Shown: positions 8,545 through 18,217 of the stretch, one piece after another
Numbering within the stretch: position 1 is the stretch's first letter
Layout: the number at the start of each line of letters is the position of its first letter
Assembly (NCBI GenBank): GCA_001775055.1
Contig: MFBU01000015.1
Coordinates: forward strand, 4,487 to 68,486
DNA from: Candidatus Curtissbacteria bacterium RIFCSPLOWO2_02_41_11
Lineage (GTDB): Bacteria > Patescibacteriota > Microgenomatia > Curtissbacterales > GWA2-41-24
Length of the DNA: 64,000 bases
Direction of reading: 5' to 3'
The notes under the pieces: model-generated
Seen by the model: the letters and a program-made list of their open reading frames with translations, nothing else
Database searches by the model: none
What the model was told of the DNA's origin: nothing
Position numbers and translations under genes: made by a program

Positions 8545-9411
8545 TTAAATACTGGAGATTGAAAGCAAAACTATACCAATTAGGGTTACTATTATGCCGA
8601 AGATTTGTTGACGGGTAATTGAGTCTTTGAAAACTAGATATGCAAGTAATACAAAAATCGTCGGGTAAGAACCGGCTATAGGAGCGACTATTGACGTAAA
8701 ACCTTTTTCAATTGCCAAATTAAAACTTAAGGCTCCAACTCCTAATAAGAAGGCATTTGCAAATAAAGGATAAAAAGACCCTTTAAAGTTAAAGTGAGTT
8801 AATTTAATTTCTCTCAATTTAATAAATAGCCATATTCCAGGTAAAGAAGCCAAAATGGAAATGTAACCTGGCCAAAACCAGCCTAATTCTTTTATAGGAA
8901 TTTTGATAAATGCCCAGTAGATTCCCCAAGAAAGCATTGCAATTAGACCCATCCAGATTCCCTTATCGACAATTAACTTACGATTTATTAGATTTCTAAT
9001 ATCAAGAGTTGAACCGCCAAGACCAATAAAAATAATAACAATTGCCAGTGATTGCTGAAGTGAAACACTTTCGCCTAGGAAAATTATTGAAAGCAACACA
9101 GTAAGAGCTGCAAAAGATGCAGCAATTGTTCCAACTAAAGCAGCATTACCAACTTTCAAGCCTTCGTAAAAAGCAACAAGACCAATTGTGCCGATAAGAC
9201 CAAGAGTCGTATTTAAAATTAATATTTGTAAAGTAAGATTTTGGAGATGACCAGTGAAAAATGGTATTAGAATACCGAAGATTGGAACTTGAAGTAATAT
9301 ATACCAAAATGTAGTTGAGTAAGCTCCAATTCTTCTAGTAGCTACAGTTCCGAAAATATCGCCTATCCCCCACCCTAAATACGAAATAAGGGCAAAAATT
9401 ATGGCTTGCAT
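8545..9411 (-). CDS. EamA/DMT family transporter
   Basis: About 10 TM segments in two repeated halves; WGIGD..., SIVAPIAGSYP, FKDSITRQQIFG. Confidence 0.88.
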   Translation of the reverse strand: MQAIIFALISYLGWGIGDIFGTVATRRIGAYSTTFWYILLQVPIFGILIPFFTGHLQNLTLQILILNTTLGLIGTIGLVAFYEGLKVGNAALVGTIAASFAALTVLLSIIFLGESVSLQQSLAIVIIFIGLGGSTLDIRNLINRKLIVDKGIWMGLIAMLSWGIYWAFIKIPIKELGWFWPGYISILASLPGIWLFIKLREIKLTHFNFKGSFYPLFANAFLLGVGALSFNLAIEKGFTSIVAPIAGSYPTIFVLLAYLVFKDSITRQQIFGIIVTLIGIVLLSISSI

Positions 9412-9458
9412 TGGTTAATTGTAGCAAAAATATACTCTATTCGTGCTAAAATTCCACT

Positions 9459-9813
9459 TGTGACAGACAAGGAATTTAAAAAATTGGTGAGTGATGCGCT
9501 AAAGGATCTTCCTACTTACTTTAAAGAAAAGATGGAGAATGTAGAAGTTGTGGTTGAGGATTGGCCAAGTATGGAAATTGCCAAGGGAAGACTTCTTTTG
9601 GGACTTTATCAGGGAATTCCAAAACCTAAACGAGGCATAAATTACACAATGGTTTTGCCAGACAAAATAACAATTTTTAAGGGCCCAATTGAATTTCTCT
9701 CAAGGGGCAATGAGAATTCTATTAAAAGTTTGGTTGTGGATACTGTTAAACATGAAATCGCTCACCACTTCGGTATCTCCGATGCAAGACTTCGAGAACT
9801 TAAAGCGAAATGA
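9459..9813 (+). CDS. Zincin-like metallopeptidase (Zincin_1)
   Basis: LLGLYQGIP, PDKITIF, HEIAHHFG. Likely start is GTG 9459, after TGcTAAAAT. Confidence 0.85.
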
Positions 9814-9836
9814 AATTAGCTTGCTGTAGTAATCCT

Positions 9837-10265
9837 TTAAGGGAGAGACCTTGTTATAGGTTTGGCTGTTTTCCTTTTTGTCTCTATACCTTCACGAATA
9901 CGTTCTACCATCTCACCACGGTTTCTTCCAGTATCAACAATAAAAGTATCGCCGAAACGTAAAATTTTTTTCCCGGCTGAAAAAGTCAGGATAAAAACGT
10001 TAGGATTGACTTTTCGGGCGTCTTGTACAAATTGTCGTCCACGTTCTTCATATGTATGAATAATTGCAACATCAAATCTTTCTTCTTTTTCCCAAAACGC
10101 TCTTATCTCTGTACAAAGAGGATTGTTAAATCTCCCCAATACCTCAATACCGTTTTTTTCCAACAAACGTTCCAAAGGTTCAGCCCGCTCATCATCGCAA
10201 ACGATAATTGCTTTGATTTTTTCTTTTGGTTGAGGTTCCTGTTCAGGCATAAAAAACTCCTCCAT
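9837..10265 (-). CDS. Hypothetical protein, degenerate receiver-like domain
   Basis: KAIIVCDDE...FDVAIIH...ILTFSAG pattern; the expected phospho-Asp position is not Asp. Confidence 0.5.
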   Translation of the reverse strand: MEEFFMPEQEPQPKEKIKAIIVCDDERAEPLERLLEKNGIEVLGRFNNPLCTEIRAFWEKEERFDVAIIHTYEERGRQFVQDARKVNPNVFILTFSAGKKILRFGDTFIVDTGRNRGEMVERIREGIETKRKTAKPITRSLP

Positions 10266-10310
10266 GATTTTCGGAGATGAATTATAGCATTTAGAAAATA
10301 AGTGGGCAAA

Positions 10311-10883
10311 TTAAGACTTTGAGATTAAAAGCACTGCTTCTTTGGCACTTGGCAGCACATCTATACCGTCATCGCCGGAGAAATGTTTCATATGGTGCTC
10401 GACGACTAACTTTGCGCCAAGTTTTTCCTTAAAAATATCGCCGTGTTCAAGTGGAACGTAAGGATCATCATCTGACATAATGGTTACAAATTGACGACAA
10501 TGTTTTTTAATTTTTTCCCAACTAACTGGTGTTTTGAAGAAACTGGAAAGTTCGCCATTGTAGCCTGAATAATCCAAATCATGACCAAAACCCGCAACCA
10601 AAACTGCGCCACCGATTTTTTCATTCTCTTTTAATGTTTCTAAATATCTAAGAATTGTGATGCAACCCAGACTATGGCCGACAAAAAAATCATTGGGAGT
10701 TGGTCTTCCAACTATCTCAGTTAGATGATTGATCCATTCATCCATTTTGGGATTATCAGTATCTGGCATGGCTGGAACAAAAACTTCAAAACCTGATGAC
10801 TTCAGTTCATTCTTTAGCCACGGCCTCCAACCTTCTTCTGGATAACCCTCCCAGCCATGAATTAAAAATGCTCGTTTTTTCAT
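10311..10883 (-). CDS. RBBP9/YdeN family serine hydrolase
   Basis: IHGW...W.PWL, GHSLG, SDDDPYVP, KHF. Confidence 0.9.
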   Translation of the reverse strand: MKKRAFLIHGWEGYPEEGWRPWLKNELKSSGFEVFVPAMPDTDNPKMDEWINHLTEIVGRPTPNDFFVGHSLGCITILRYLETLKENEKIGGAVLVAGFGHDLDYSGYNGELSSFFKTPVSWEKIKKHCRQFVTIMSDDDPYVPLEHGDIFKEKLGAKLVVEHHMKHFSGDDGIDVLPSAKEAVLLISKS

Positions 10884-10920
10884 TTAGAAAAATTTTCTGC
10901 CGATTTTTGCTGAAATGAAA

Positions 10921-11604
10921 TCATAATATGAAATCTAACCTGTCTCCAACTTTAAATTCCTTTGGCTTTTTATTTTTTATAAAGACTTTTACTTTACCTT
11001 TTTCTCCTACCTGTACTTTGTTCCCGTCAATCGTTAAAAAAGTTTGTTCTTCCAGAACAACAACTGGATTGGTCTCAAAAAGATGATATTCACTTATTCG
11101 CTCGTCCCTGCTTTCTGCAGAAGTAAGTACTTTATCTTGCGGTGCGTTATAGTGCGGGTTGATATTAAAGGGAACTAAATTTAATCCCTCAAAAATTGTA
11201 GATCCCATTACGTTCCAGTCATTAGTTGTCAAAATATTAGGTCCAGTAATATTAGCTCCCGCACTCACACCGATATAAGATGCGCCAGCTAAAACTCTTT
11301 CTCTTATTTTATTCAATAATCCATGAGTTTCTAATTTATTTAAGAGTTGATAAGTATTCCCTCCGGCGACCAAAAATACAGGTGTCTTACTGATTAAATC
11401 TTGGGGGTTTTCAAGATTTAGATGGTTTAGCTTAACTCCAACTTCTTTAAGGTTGGATTTTGCGTTTTGGTAATATTTTTTTGGATCGTATACTGTTGCT
11501 GCGGAAATAAATGTAACTTCTTTATCGCCGACAAAGTCAGCAATTTCTTTTTTACACCAATGATATAAAGGTTTTCCAGAGTTGCTTAACAAAAGCAATC
11601 GCAT
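10921..11604 (-). CDS. pepE: Dipeptidase E (peptidase S51)
   Basis: LLLLSNS, GGNTYQLL, GVSAGAN, TTND, INPHY, ESRDERI.E. Start moved to MRLLLL at 11604. Confidence 0.88.
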   Translation of the reverse strand: MRLLLLSNSGKPLYHWCKKEIADFVGDKEVTFISAATVYDPKKYYQNAKSNLKEVGVKLNHLNLENPQDLISKTPVFLVAGGNTYQLLNKLETHGLLNKIRERVLAGASYIGVSAGANITGPNILTTNDWNVMGSTIFEGLNLVPFNINPHYNAPQDKVLTSAESRDERISEYHLFETNPVVVLEEQTFLTIDGNKVQVGEKGKVKVFIKNKKPKEFKVGDRLDFIL

Positions 11605-11650
11605 AATATCCAGAATTCTAGCATTTAGGGAAAGAAATGGACAAATGAGG

Positions 11651-12949
11651 TTAGGAAAGGTTGGCAAAAACTCCCCTTATATAGAAATAAATTCCGAAAA
11701 TTAAGACGAGTGATGCCCCAAGGCCGACGGCAAAAAGTGAAGAGGTTCTTTGAGCAACAACACCTGCCAGGGCATTGCCAACAGGCATCATGCCAACAAA
11801 CATTGTCAAGTAAACTGCCATAATTCTTCCTCTCATTTGGTCCGGAGTCAAAAGCTGAACCAAGGTATTAAGGGTGGATGCCAGCATAATTGTGCCGAAA
11901 CCGGTGAAAAATAAAAGAATATGCGCTATGAGAAAATTTTTATTTAGAGAAAACAAGATCAGGCTTATACTTGATATGGCAAGTCCCCAAATAATAAAGG
12001 GGGTTTTGTTTTTCTGACGGGAGAGGGCTGATGTTAAAATCGCACCTAAAAGACTGCCGGCACCGGCGGCAGACAAAAGCGACCCCAATCCTTGAGCACC
12101 GGAGGAAAACACCTTTTGGGCAATCGGCGGCATGAGGGTTTGGTACGGCGCAATTAAAATAGTGCCAATCGCCGCCAGAATTGTTAAGTAACGAATTTTT
12201 CGATCGTTTAGGATAAAAATCCATCCATCTTTGAGCGATTGCAACGGGTGAATGTTAACTTCCGGTTTGCGGTTTAAAACAGGCAAAATTACTGCAACTG
12301 CCCAGATCCCTGGTAGATAGCTTGCGCCATTTAAAATAAAGGCCCAGCCAACCCCAAATGAGGCGATGATAACACCGGCAATTGTCGGACCGATAAAACG
12401 GGCAGCGTTAAAAATGCCGGCATTAAGTGACACCGCCGAGGCCAGATCGCGCTTGCCGATCATTTCGACAATAAAGGCAAATCTTGCCGGTAAATCAAAA
12501 GAACCAACAACACCGCTGGCAAAGGCAAGAAGGATTACCAAAGTCAGATTTATTTGATTAGAGATAACCAAAAATCCAAGAATGGTGGCAAAAATCGCCT
12601 CAAAAATTTGAGTAATAATCAAAAGTTTTTGTTTATTGATTCTATCGATAAATACTCCGGCAAAAGTCGCCAGGAATAAAAAAGGTAAGCCGCCAACAGC
12701 CGCGACAGCTCCAACCCAAAAGGCCGAGTGGGTCAATTGAAATACCAACCAACCGATACCGACTGCCTGCAACCAGAAACCAACCAGAGAAATTGCCTGA
12801 CCGGCAAAATAAAACTGATAATTGCGGTGCGCCAGTGCCGGAAAGATGGAAACGACTTTACCCGGCAACTGAACCGGAGCCGCACCGGCAGTGACCGCCG
12901 TAATTTCCAAATCTTCTTGGGCTAAAATATCTTTTTGCGCCATAAACAA
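11651..12949 (-). CDS. MFS transporter (MFS_3-like)
   Basis: 12 TM segments; F.GQAISLVG.W.Q, GVFIDR, FNAARFIGP, PDQMRGRIM. Confidence 0.9.
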   Translation of the reverse strand: MFMAQKDILAQEDLEITAVTAGAAPVQLPGKVVSIFPALAHRNYQFYFAGQAISLVGFWLQAVGIGWLVFQLTHSAFWVGAVAAVGGLPFLFLATFAGVFIDRINKQKLLIITQIFEAIFATILGFLVISNQINLTLVILLAFASGVVGSFDLPARFAFIVEMIGKRDLASAVSLNAGIFNAARFIGPTIAGVIIASFGVGWAFILNGASYLPGIWAVAVILPVLNRKPEVNIHPLQSLKDGWIFILNDRKIRYLTILAAIGTILIAPYQTLMPPIAQKVFSSGAQGLGSLLSAAGAGSLLGAILTSALSRQKNKTPFIIWGLAISSISLILFSLNKNFLIAHILLFFTGFGTIMLASTLNTLVQLLTPDQMRGRIMAVYLTMFVGMMPVGNALAGVVAQRTSSLFAVGLGASLVLIFGIYFYIRGVFANLS

Positions 12950-13022
12950 GTGGATAAATACCCCTAATTTAGGGAAGTAGAGAAGTCGGGTTTTAAGCTA
13001 ATTAACTAAACAGGTAAATGGG

Positions 13023-13211
13023 CTATTTGTTAACCGCAAAATCACCAAGAACACCGATAACGATTAGGATAATACCAAGAACAACGCCCGTTTGACCACC
13101 AAGCGCGGCAAAAAGACCAACCAATAATAATCCAAGCCCAAGACCGGTTAGAGAATGCATCAGGGAATGAGGCTTAGTGCATTCTTTAAATTTAGCTGCC
13201 ATATCAGCCAT
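13023..13211 (-). CDS. Small two-TM membrane protein
   Basis: 62 aa, hydrophobic, with strong SD GGAGGTGA. Confidence 0.75.
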   Translation of the reverse strand: MADMAAKFKECTKPHSLMHSLTGLGLGLLLVGLFAALGGQTGVVLGIILIVIGVLGDFAVNK

Positions 13212-13281
13212 TTAAATCACCTCCCTTACCATTACTATTCAACTCTAGTCCCTGAAACTGTTTGTTGTCAAGAAACGACGA

Positions 13282-13470
13282 TTAACCAAGTGCTTTAATA
13301 ACCTCATATGCCGAATTGTAAGTACCTTCCGGAAGTTTTTCGGTAAATTCCTTTTTATCTTCTTCGGAAAAATCTGAAAGGTTGTCGCATTCGGCAACTA
13401 AGTCGGCCTTTGTTGCCGGATAAGACTGATGGGTTTTAAAATGATCAATTGCACCCTGTAAATTTTGCAT
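13282..13470 (-). CDS. Small DUF2795-like protein
   Basis: YPATKADLV...LPEGTYNS..EV; strong SD AAGGAGGTGA. Confidence 0.7.
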   Translation of the reverse strand: MQNLQGAIDHFKTHQSYPATKADLVAECDNLSDFSEEDKKEFTEKLPEGTYNSAYEVIKALG

Positions 13471-13491
13471 CTATATCACCTCCTTTACACT

Positions 13492-13575
13492 TTAAGGACA
13501 AACCTAGCGGTTTTCCCTTAATATTCCCTTTCCCTTAATTAATGAATTTGAACTGGCCTAGCCAGATTCAAATTT
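13492..13575 (-). ncRNA. Putative two-hairpin leader RNA motif, copy A
   Basis: Shares sequence and structure with 43061-43142. Confidence 0.55.
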
Positions 13576-13607
13576 GATTTTTAGAATTGAATAATTACTT
13601 CATTTAA

Positions 13608-13991
13608 TCAGCTTGCTCTGACCTGAACTAGCTGGAAGTAATTGCCGTCAATATCCTCAAAAGTGGCAATATAACCATATCCTTCAATATGATAAGTATC
13701 CTGAACAAGCATTACTTTGGCTTCTTTAAGCCTTTTAGCTTCTTTTTCAATATCATCAACTTCTATGTTAAAGATGATTCTTTCCGGATTTTTGTTTTTA
13801 CCCTTGACTTTTGAGTGATCGATAATGTAAATATTTGGCCCTTTGCCGAGTTTCAACTCGTAAAGCGTCTCATTTTCTTCCCCCATTTCGGCTTCCAGAC
13901 CAATCTCAAGACCAACTTTATCTTTATAAAAATCGGCAAGATTCTTGGCATTTTGGCTACCGATTAAAAGCGATTCAAAACCTCTAATCAT
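13608..13991 (-). CDS. VOC/glyoxalase family protein
   Basis: FYKDKVGL, FNIEVDDIE, ATFEDIDGNYFQL. Confidence 0.9.
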   Translation of the reverse strand: MIRGFESLLIGSQNAKNLADFYKDKVGLEIGLEAEMGEENETLYELKLGKGPNIYIIDHSKVKGKNKNPERIIFNIEVDDIEKEAKRLKEAKVMLVQDTYHIEGYGYIATFEDIDGNYFQLVQVRAS

Positions 13992-14063
13992 TTTTCACCT
14001 CCCCCTTTGATAGAACCTTACTTCTAACCATAATCGGCGGGTAATAGTCAAGAGAGGAGTTTA

Positions 14064-14528
14064 TTATAAGGTGAATGATAAAGAATTTTCGGTCTTTAGT
14101 AATTCTAATATTCTGGCAGCAGTCCTACCATCAAGAATCAAGGGAGGCCTTTTTTGAGTCTTAAGGGGCAACTTGGCTGCCGATTGTTTAGAAAGATTGT
14201 AGAGCCTAAACAAAGGGTCTTGAAGATCAGTTTCCTTATGAATATCAACCTCACGGGAAATAATCCGTCTTTGGTGATTGGGAATTCGGATCGTTAAACT
14301 AAGTTTACTTTTCTGAAAACCAGTAGAGGTTGGCCGAGGTAGTTCTAATCCCAAATAGTTAAATTCTCCGCCTATTGCCGGCTGACTCTGAGAGTCGTGT
14401 TTAAGAAAAGACCATTGTATTAGTCCTTGTTCGGTCAGCTCGATTAAACGCTGACAAATTTGATCTTCATAAGGTCGCAGTTGTTCCCCCTCTTCTGCGT
14501 GAGAACTTCCTTTAGCTTCTGTCATCAA
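14064..14528 (-). CDS. Hypothetical protein
   Basis: 154-aa ORF, with TTGACA upstream on the minus strand. Confidence 0.6.
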   Translation of the reverse strand: MMTEAKGSSHAEEGEQLRPYEDQICQRLIELTEQGLIQWSFLKHDSQSQPAIGGEFNYLGLELPRPTSTGFQKSKLSLTIRIPNHQRRIISREVDIHKETDLQDPLFRLYNLSKQSAAKLPLKTQKRPPLILDGRTAARILELLKTENSLSFTL

Positions 14529-14620
14529 TGGCTAATTATCGTTATGGGGTTAGAACTTGTCAAATCTAAAATTTAGCGGTATTGGCACTTCAATAAACTC
14601 AGTGTAAACTCAAGAACGTG

Positions 14621-14672
14621 GGCCGCCTTTGGCGAGCCTCGCTTTTTTAACGTATTTGACGTAAAAAGCGGG
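14621..14672. repeat. Intergenic palindromic (REP-like) element
   Basis: GCCGCCTTTGGCGAGCCTCGCTTTTT...AAAAAGCGGG hairpins; the 5' part is shared with the ileS insertion. Confidence 0.75.
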
Positions 14673-14838
14673 GATTCCTAAGTCATCTACCCTATTTAGG
14701 TTCAAAGCAACAAACACTTCCGAAGAATAGATTTACCATTCTTGGGTCACAAAGGCAGGTTAAGAATAGTTGATATTCCAAAAAATCGCAACTGGCTTTA
14801 CTTGACAATGCTAGCGTGAAAATCTTAATATTTGCAGC

Positions 14839-17496
14839 ATGGTTCAAGGCGAAAGGGAAGTTGGCCCACATCTAAATAATGAACCTGCCCCAATAAGAGA
14901 TGCGTTTGAAAATTCGTCGTTGGTAAAAACAGTTACGCTCCTGGAGACTACAAAAATCCCGCAACCCAGCTTCCAATCACTTAATGTGATACTTCCCCTT
15001 GCATATGAAAGGCAGCGAATTAACTACGCTTTTAGAGAAGTTGCTGCTCTTGAACTCGTAATGCGAGATCCTGAATTTCGTTTACTTTGGCAAGATTTGG
15101 TGGAAGAACCCAAAAAACCAGGGAGAAAATTCAGAGACAATGGGCTAACGGAAGAAGCAATGGCTGTTTACGCTGAGTTTTTGGCAAGTGACGCGCCAGT
15201 AATAGGAAGAATTACAGCCGCAGCTCCTATTTTTAGAGATTATATGCGCAAAACGACAGAATACGAAAACCTTGGACCTTTTTTTAGGAGGGTCCTTAAG
15301 GAATTAAGGAAAGGCGAACCTGAAGTTGCAGCTTTTTTAATAGCATCAGAACATCATTTAGAGGTTTTTCACCAGTTAGATTACACCCATGGATGGGTCC
15401 AAGATAGGTTGAGGATGAGTGGTGGCGAATCCTGGGCATACTTTCAGTCAAGAATAGAGGAAGACCCTGAAAAGAAGGATCAACTTATTAGACTTGCCGT
15501 CGGTGACTTAGATCACAAAGAATCGCTGGTAAAATCTTCCTCCAGATTTAGGGAATTCACTACTAAAGTACTGGACATTTATTTTGATACCAGTGATACG
15601 TCGAGTTGGCGTAAATTTATTCGATATTACTTCCCCACTGTCATGGCTGGCTTTGGATATTTTGACCCTGAAGATTATGATCCAGAAAAACAGTACGAAA
15701 GGTTGCAGGAATTGTTTAATGCGGTCGGAGAAGAAGATTGGGATTTCCTAGCAGGTTATTTTATATGGAGTGGATGGGCAAGAAGCGGAAAAGCTGTAGG
15801 GGTTTTAGATCCACAAGTTCTTAAGGGTCATTTAGATAGTGCCAAAGCATTTGTTGAATTTAACAACGTCATAGAATTTCAAGATCCAGAAAACTTATCT
15901 TATGGAGACGAAAGCAAGGCAATAAATTTTTGGCTTGATCAATTTGCAGACGGAAATCTAACTGGTGATGATCTTAAGAATATAGCTAATTTGTGGATTG
16001 CCAGAAGAAAGGCTCTTTTTTCGCATAGAGAGCCATATAGAGCTGAACTGGGGGTTGCAGCGGTGCCGTTTTTAACTGATCTAGATACCTACAAAGATGG
16101 CGAACTTGTTGCCCAGTTGACTCAAGCAGGTGTTAATCCTGAGCCGGATATTAGACGAAGGATAAAAGATACCAAAGCAGACCTGGGTCCCGTTGCATCT
16201 TTCGGTCGAGCCATTTCTGATCTGGTAAAAGGAGATTTTCATTCTGGCATGTTGCCAGTCGTTTCTGCATGGGTAAGAAGGTACGTAGATGGAGATATAA
16301 GCCCGGAGGATTTAGCAAAATTGGTATCGAACATCAGAAAAATCAAAGCAGCGGAAAATCGGGTCACTAAAAACAAGGAGATTTCCGATGAGGAGAAAAA
16401 ATATTTCAAACTATTTACGAGAAGCTTATACGTCACGGAAGGCCTTGGAGAGATTGATGATTTGGAGGGGTTAATAAATCCTGACGGAATAATAGACTTA
16501 ATAAACCAAAATATTTTTCCAACACCAATAATTTTGGAATATGTGTCAACTAATGGTGCTGGTTCAGTAAATCAACTATTAGAAGTTCTAAGAGAGGCAG
16601 AAGCAGGCAACTTCAATCCGAACAATGAGCTTCACAGAGAACTCCAATTTGCCAGATATTTAATGATGTTCGGCTCAGAAGATATTGCTGTCCAATATGA
16701 TAGATTCAGAAAATTACCTTTTATTGAAGAACCCAAGCCACCGCAGACGTTAAGTGAGGAGGACTTAAGGGAAACCGAATGCACGGCACTTGAGGCAGCG
16801 CGAGTTTATTGGTTAGTAAAAGAGAGAGTTGATGTTGGAAGAAATGTTTTAGTCATTGCCAATGAGAGATATGGAAAACTTTTTGTCACTGACCCCTTGG
16901 CCGAAGAATTAACTTCTTTAGGAGTTAGAGTCGATACAACTTATGTTAAATCTGGTGCCGCTAAAGATGGAACTGTCGAAAAGATTTTTGACGAGGAAAC
17001 AGAACAATACATAAAACAAGAATTACCTGATGTTTTTGTAGTAGATGGTACAGCAACACCGTTCGCTAGCGGAAAGCAGGGTCCGAGGTTCTCCCGCGCG
17101 ATGATTGCTTTTAATAAGTGGTTCAGCGAAAGCAATATGGGCTATCGTGTTGCTTTTTGGTCGTTTGTGGAGAGCTCTAAAGCTCAGCTCGGAGACGTAA
17201 ATGTTCCTTTTAGAAGACCGGATTATGATGGACCGCAAGCCATTATTGTAAATTCTACGGTTAGCCCAAAACATGCTAAGCAACTATCGAAGAAGCTTAA
17301 AGACCATGCTCCCGGCTATTTTGATGACTATGAAGGTAATTTAGGAAGAGGCCAAAATAACATTGTTCTTTCAAAAACAGGATTAACACAACTTCCAAGA
17401 ATGAGCGAAAAGCGGTATCTTAGTGCTGTTCAAAGGAAAATCAAGGAAGCAGTACCAAGCATGATAATGTCCCCTGAGTCTGATCCATATCTATAA
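14839..17496 (+). CDS. Large acidic hypothetical protein (885 aa)
   Basis: Long uninterrupted ORF with TTGACA at 14802; no family recognised. Confidence 0.8.
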   Translation: MVQGEREVGPHLNNEPAPIRDAFENSSLVKTVTLLETTKIPQPSFQSLNVILPLAYERQRINYAFREVAALELVMRDPEFRLLWQDLVEEPKKPGRKFRDNGLTEEAMAVYAEFLASDAPVIGRITAAAPIFRDYMRKTTEYENLGPFFRRVLKELRKGEPEVAAFLIASEHHLEVFHQLDYTHGWVQDRLRMSGGESWAYFQSRIEEDPEKKDQLIRLAVGDLDHKESLVKSSSRFREFTTKVLDIYFDTSDTSSWRKFIRYYFPTVMAGFGYFDPEDYDPEKQYERLQELFNAVGEEDWDFLAGYFIWSGWARSGKAVGVLDPQVLKGHLDSAKAFVEFNNVIEFQDPENLSYGDESKAINFWLDQFADGNLTGDDLKNIANLWIARRKALFSHREPYRAELGVAAVPFLTDLDTYKDGELVAQLTQAGVNPEPDIRRRIKDTKADLGPVASFGRAISDLVKGDFHSGMLPVVSAWVRRYVDGDISPEDLAKLVSNIRKIKAAENRVTKNKEISDEEKKYFKLFTRSLYVTEGLGEIDDLEGLINPDGIIDLINQNIFPTPIILEYVSTNGAGSVNQLLEVLREAEAGNFNPNNELHRELQFARYLMMFGSEDIAVQYDRFRKLPFIEEPKPPQTLSEEDLRETECTALEAARVYWLVKERVDVGRNVLVIANERYGKLFVTDPLAEELTSLGVRVDTTYVKSGAAKDGTVEKIFDEETEQYIKQELPDVFVVDGTATPFASGKQGPRFSRAMIAFNKWFSESNMGYRVAFWSFVESSKAQLGDVNVPFRRPDYDGPQAIIVNSTVSPKHAKQLSKKLKDHAPGYFDDYEGNLGRGQNNIVLSKTGLTQLPRMSEKRYLSAVQRKIKEAVPSMIMSPESDPYL

Positions 17497-17580
17497 GAGA
17501 AATATCGAGATCAGTAATAATCGTCATATGTGTCGCACAATTAATGTAGAGCGAGGTTGATACTTTAGCCTCAAATTAGT

Positions 17581-17620
17581 CCTTCGACTTCGCCGAGTCA
17601 GACTCGGCTTCGCTCAGGAT
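17581..17620. repeat. REP-like element with nested hairpin
   Basis: CCTTCGACTTCGCCGAGTCAGACTCGGCTTCGCTCAGGAT. Confidence 0.7.
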
Positions 17621-17709
17621 CGAAGACCTCAACTCCCCACTATAATTACTCCGTAATCTCACCATACGTTATAATTCCAAAGCATACGTCGTGCTATAAT
17701 ACCTTTGAA

Positions 17710-17994
17710 ATGAATTTGCCATTTACCGTCAAAGTTTTTATGGATGAAACTTCGAAAGATGCGCCTTGGGTTGCATATAATCCTGAGCTTGATGTCGCAT
17801 CTTGCGGACCAACCGAAAAAAAGGCAAGAGAAAATTTAAAAGAAGCTCTTGATATTGTACTTGTTGGTGCAAAAAAAGATGGTAATCTTGAAGAATTATT
17901 GAAAAGCGCGGGATTTACAATTAAAGGGAAATCCGTACTACCTCCCAAGATTATTTTGGAGAAAGTTCCTTTTCCTCCTCTAGCTAATGCCTAG
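17710..17994 (+). CDS. hicB: HicB family antitoxin
   Basis: WVAYNPELDVASCGPT...A..NLKEAL. Confidence 0.85.
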   Translation: MNLPFTVKVFMDETSKDAPWVAYNPELDVASCGPTEKKARENLKEALDIVLVGAKKDGNLEELLKSAGFTIKGKSVLPPKIILEKVPFPPLANA

Positions 17995-18217
17995 AATAAC
18001 TCCAATTCATTGGCGGAAACTTTTGAAAGTCCTAGAAATGGAAGGTGCGATTGTAGTCGGTCAAACAGGCGATCATATTGAATTGAAGAAGCCTGGTGCA
18101 ATTAGAAGATTGGTTGTTCCGAGATACAAAAACATTCCAGTATTTATTATTGAGAATAATTTAAAAACAGCAGGAATATCAAGACAACGCTATTTCGAGC
18201 TATTGAGGAAAGTGTAA
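17987..18217 (+). CDS. hicA: HicA family toxin
   Basis: LLKVLE..G...GQTGDH...LVVP; overlaps the hicB stop. Confidence 0.8.
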   Translation: MPRITPIHWRKLLKVLEMEGAIVVGQTGDHIELKKPGAIRRLVVPRYKNIPVFIIENNLKTAGISRQRYFELLRKV

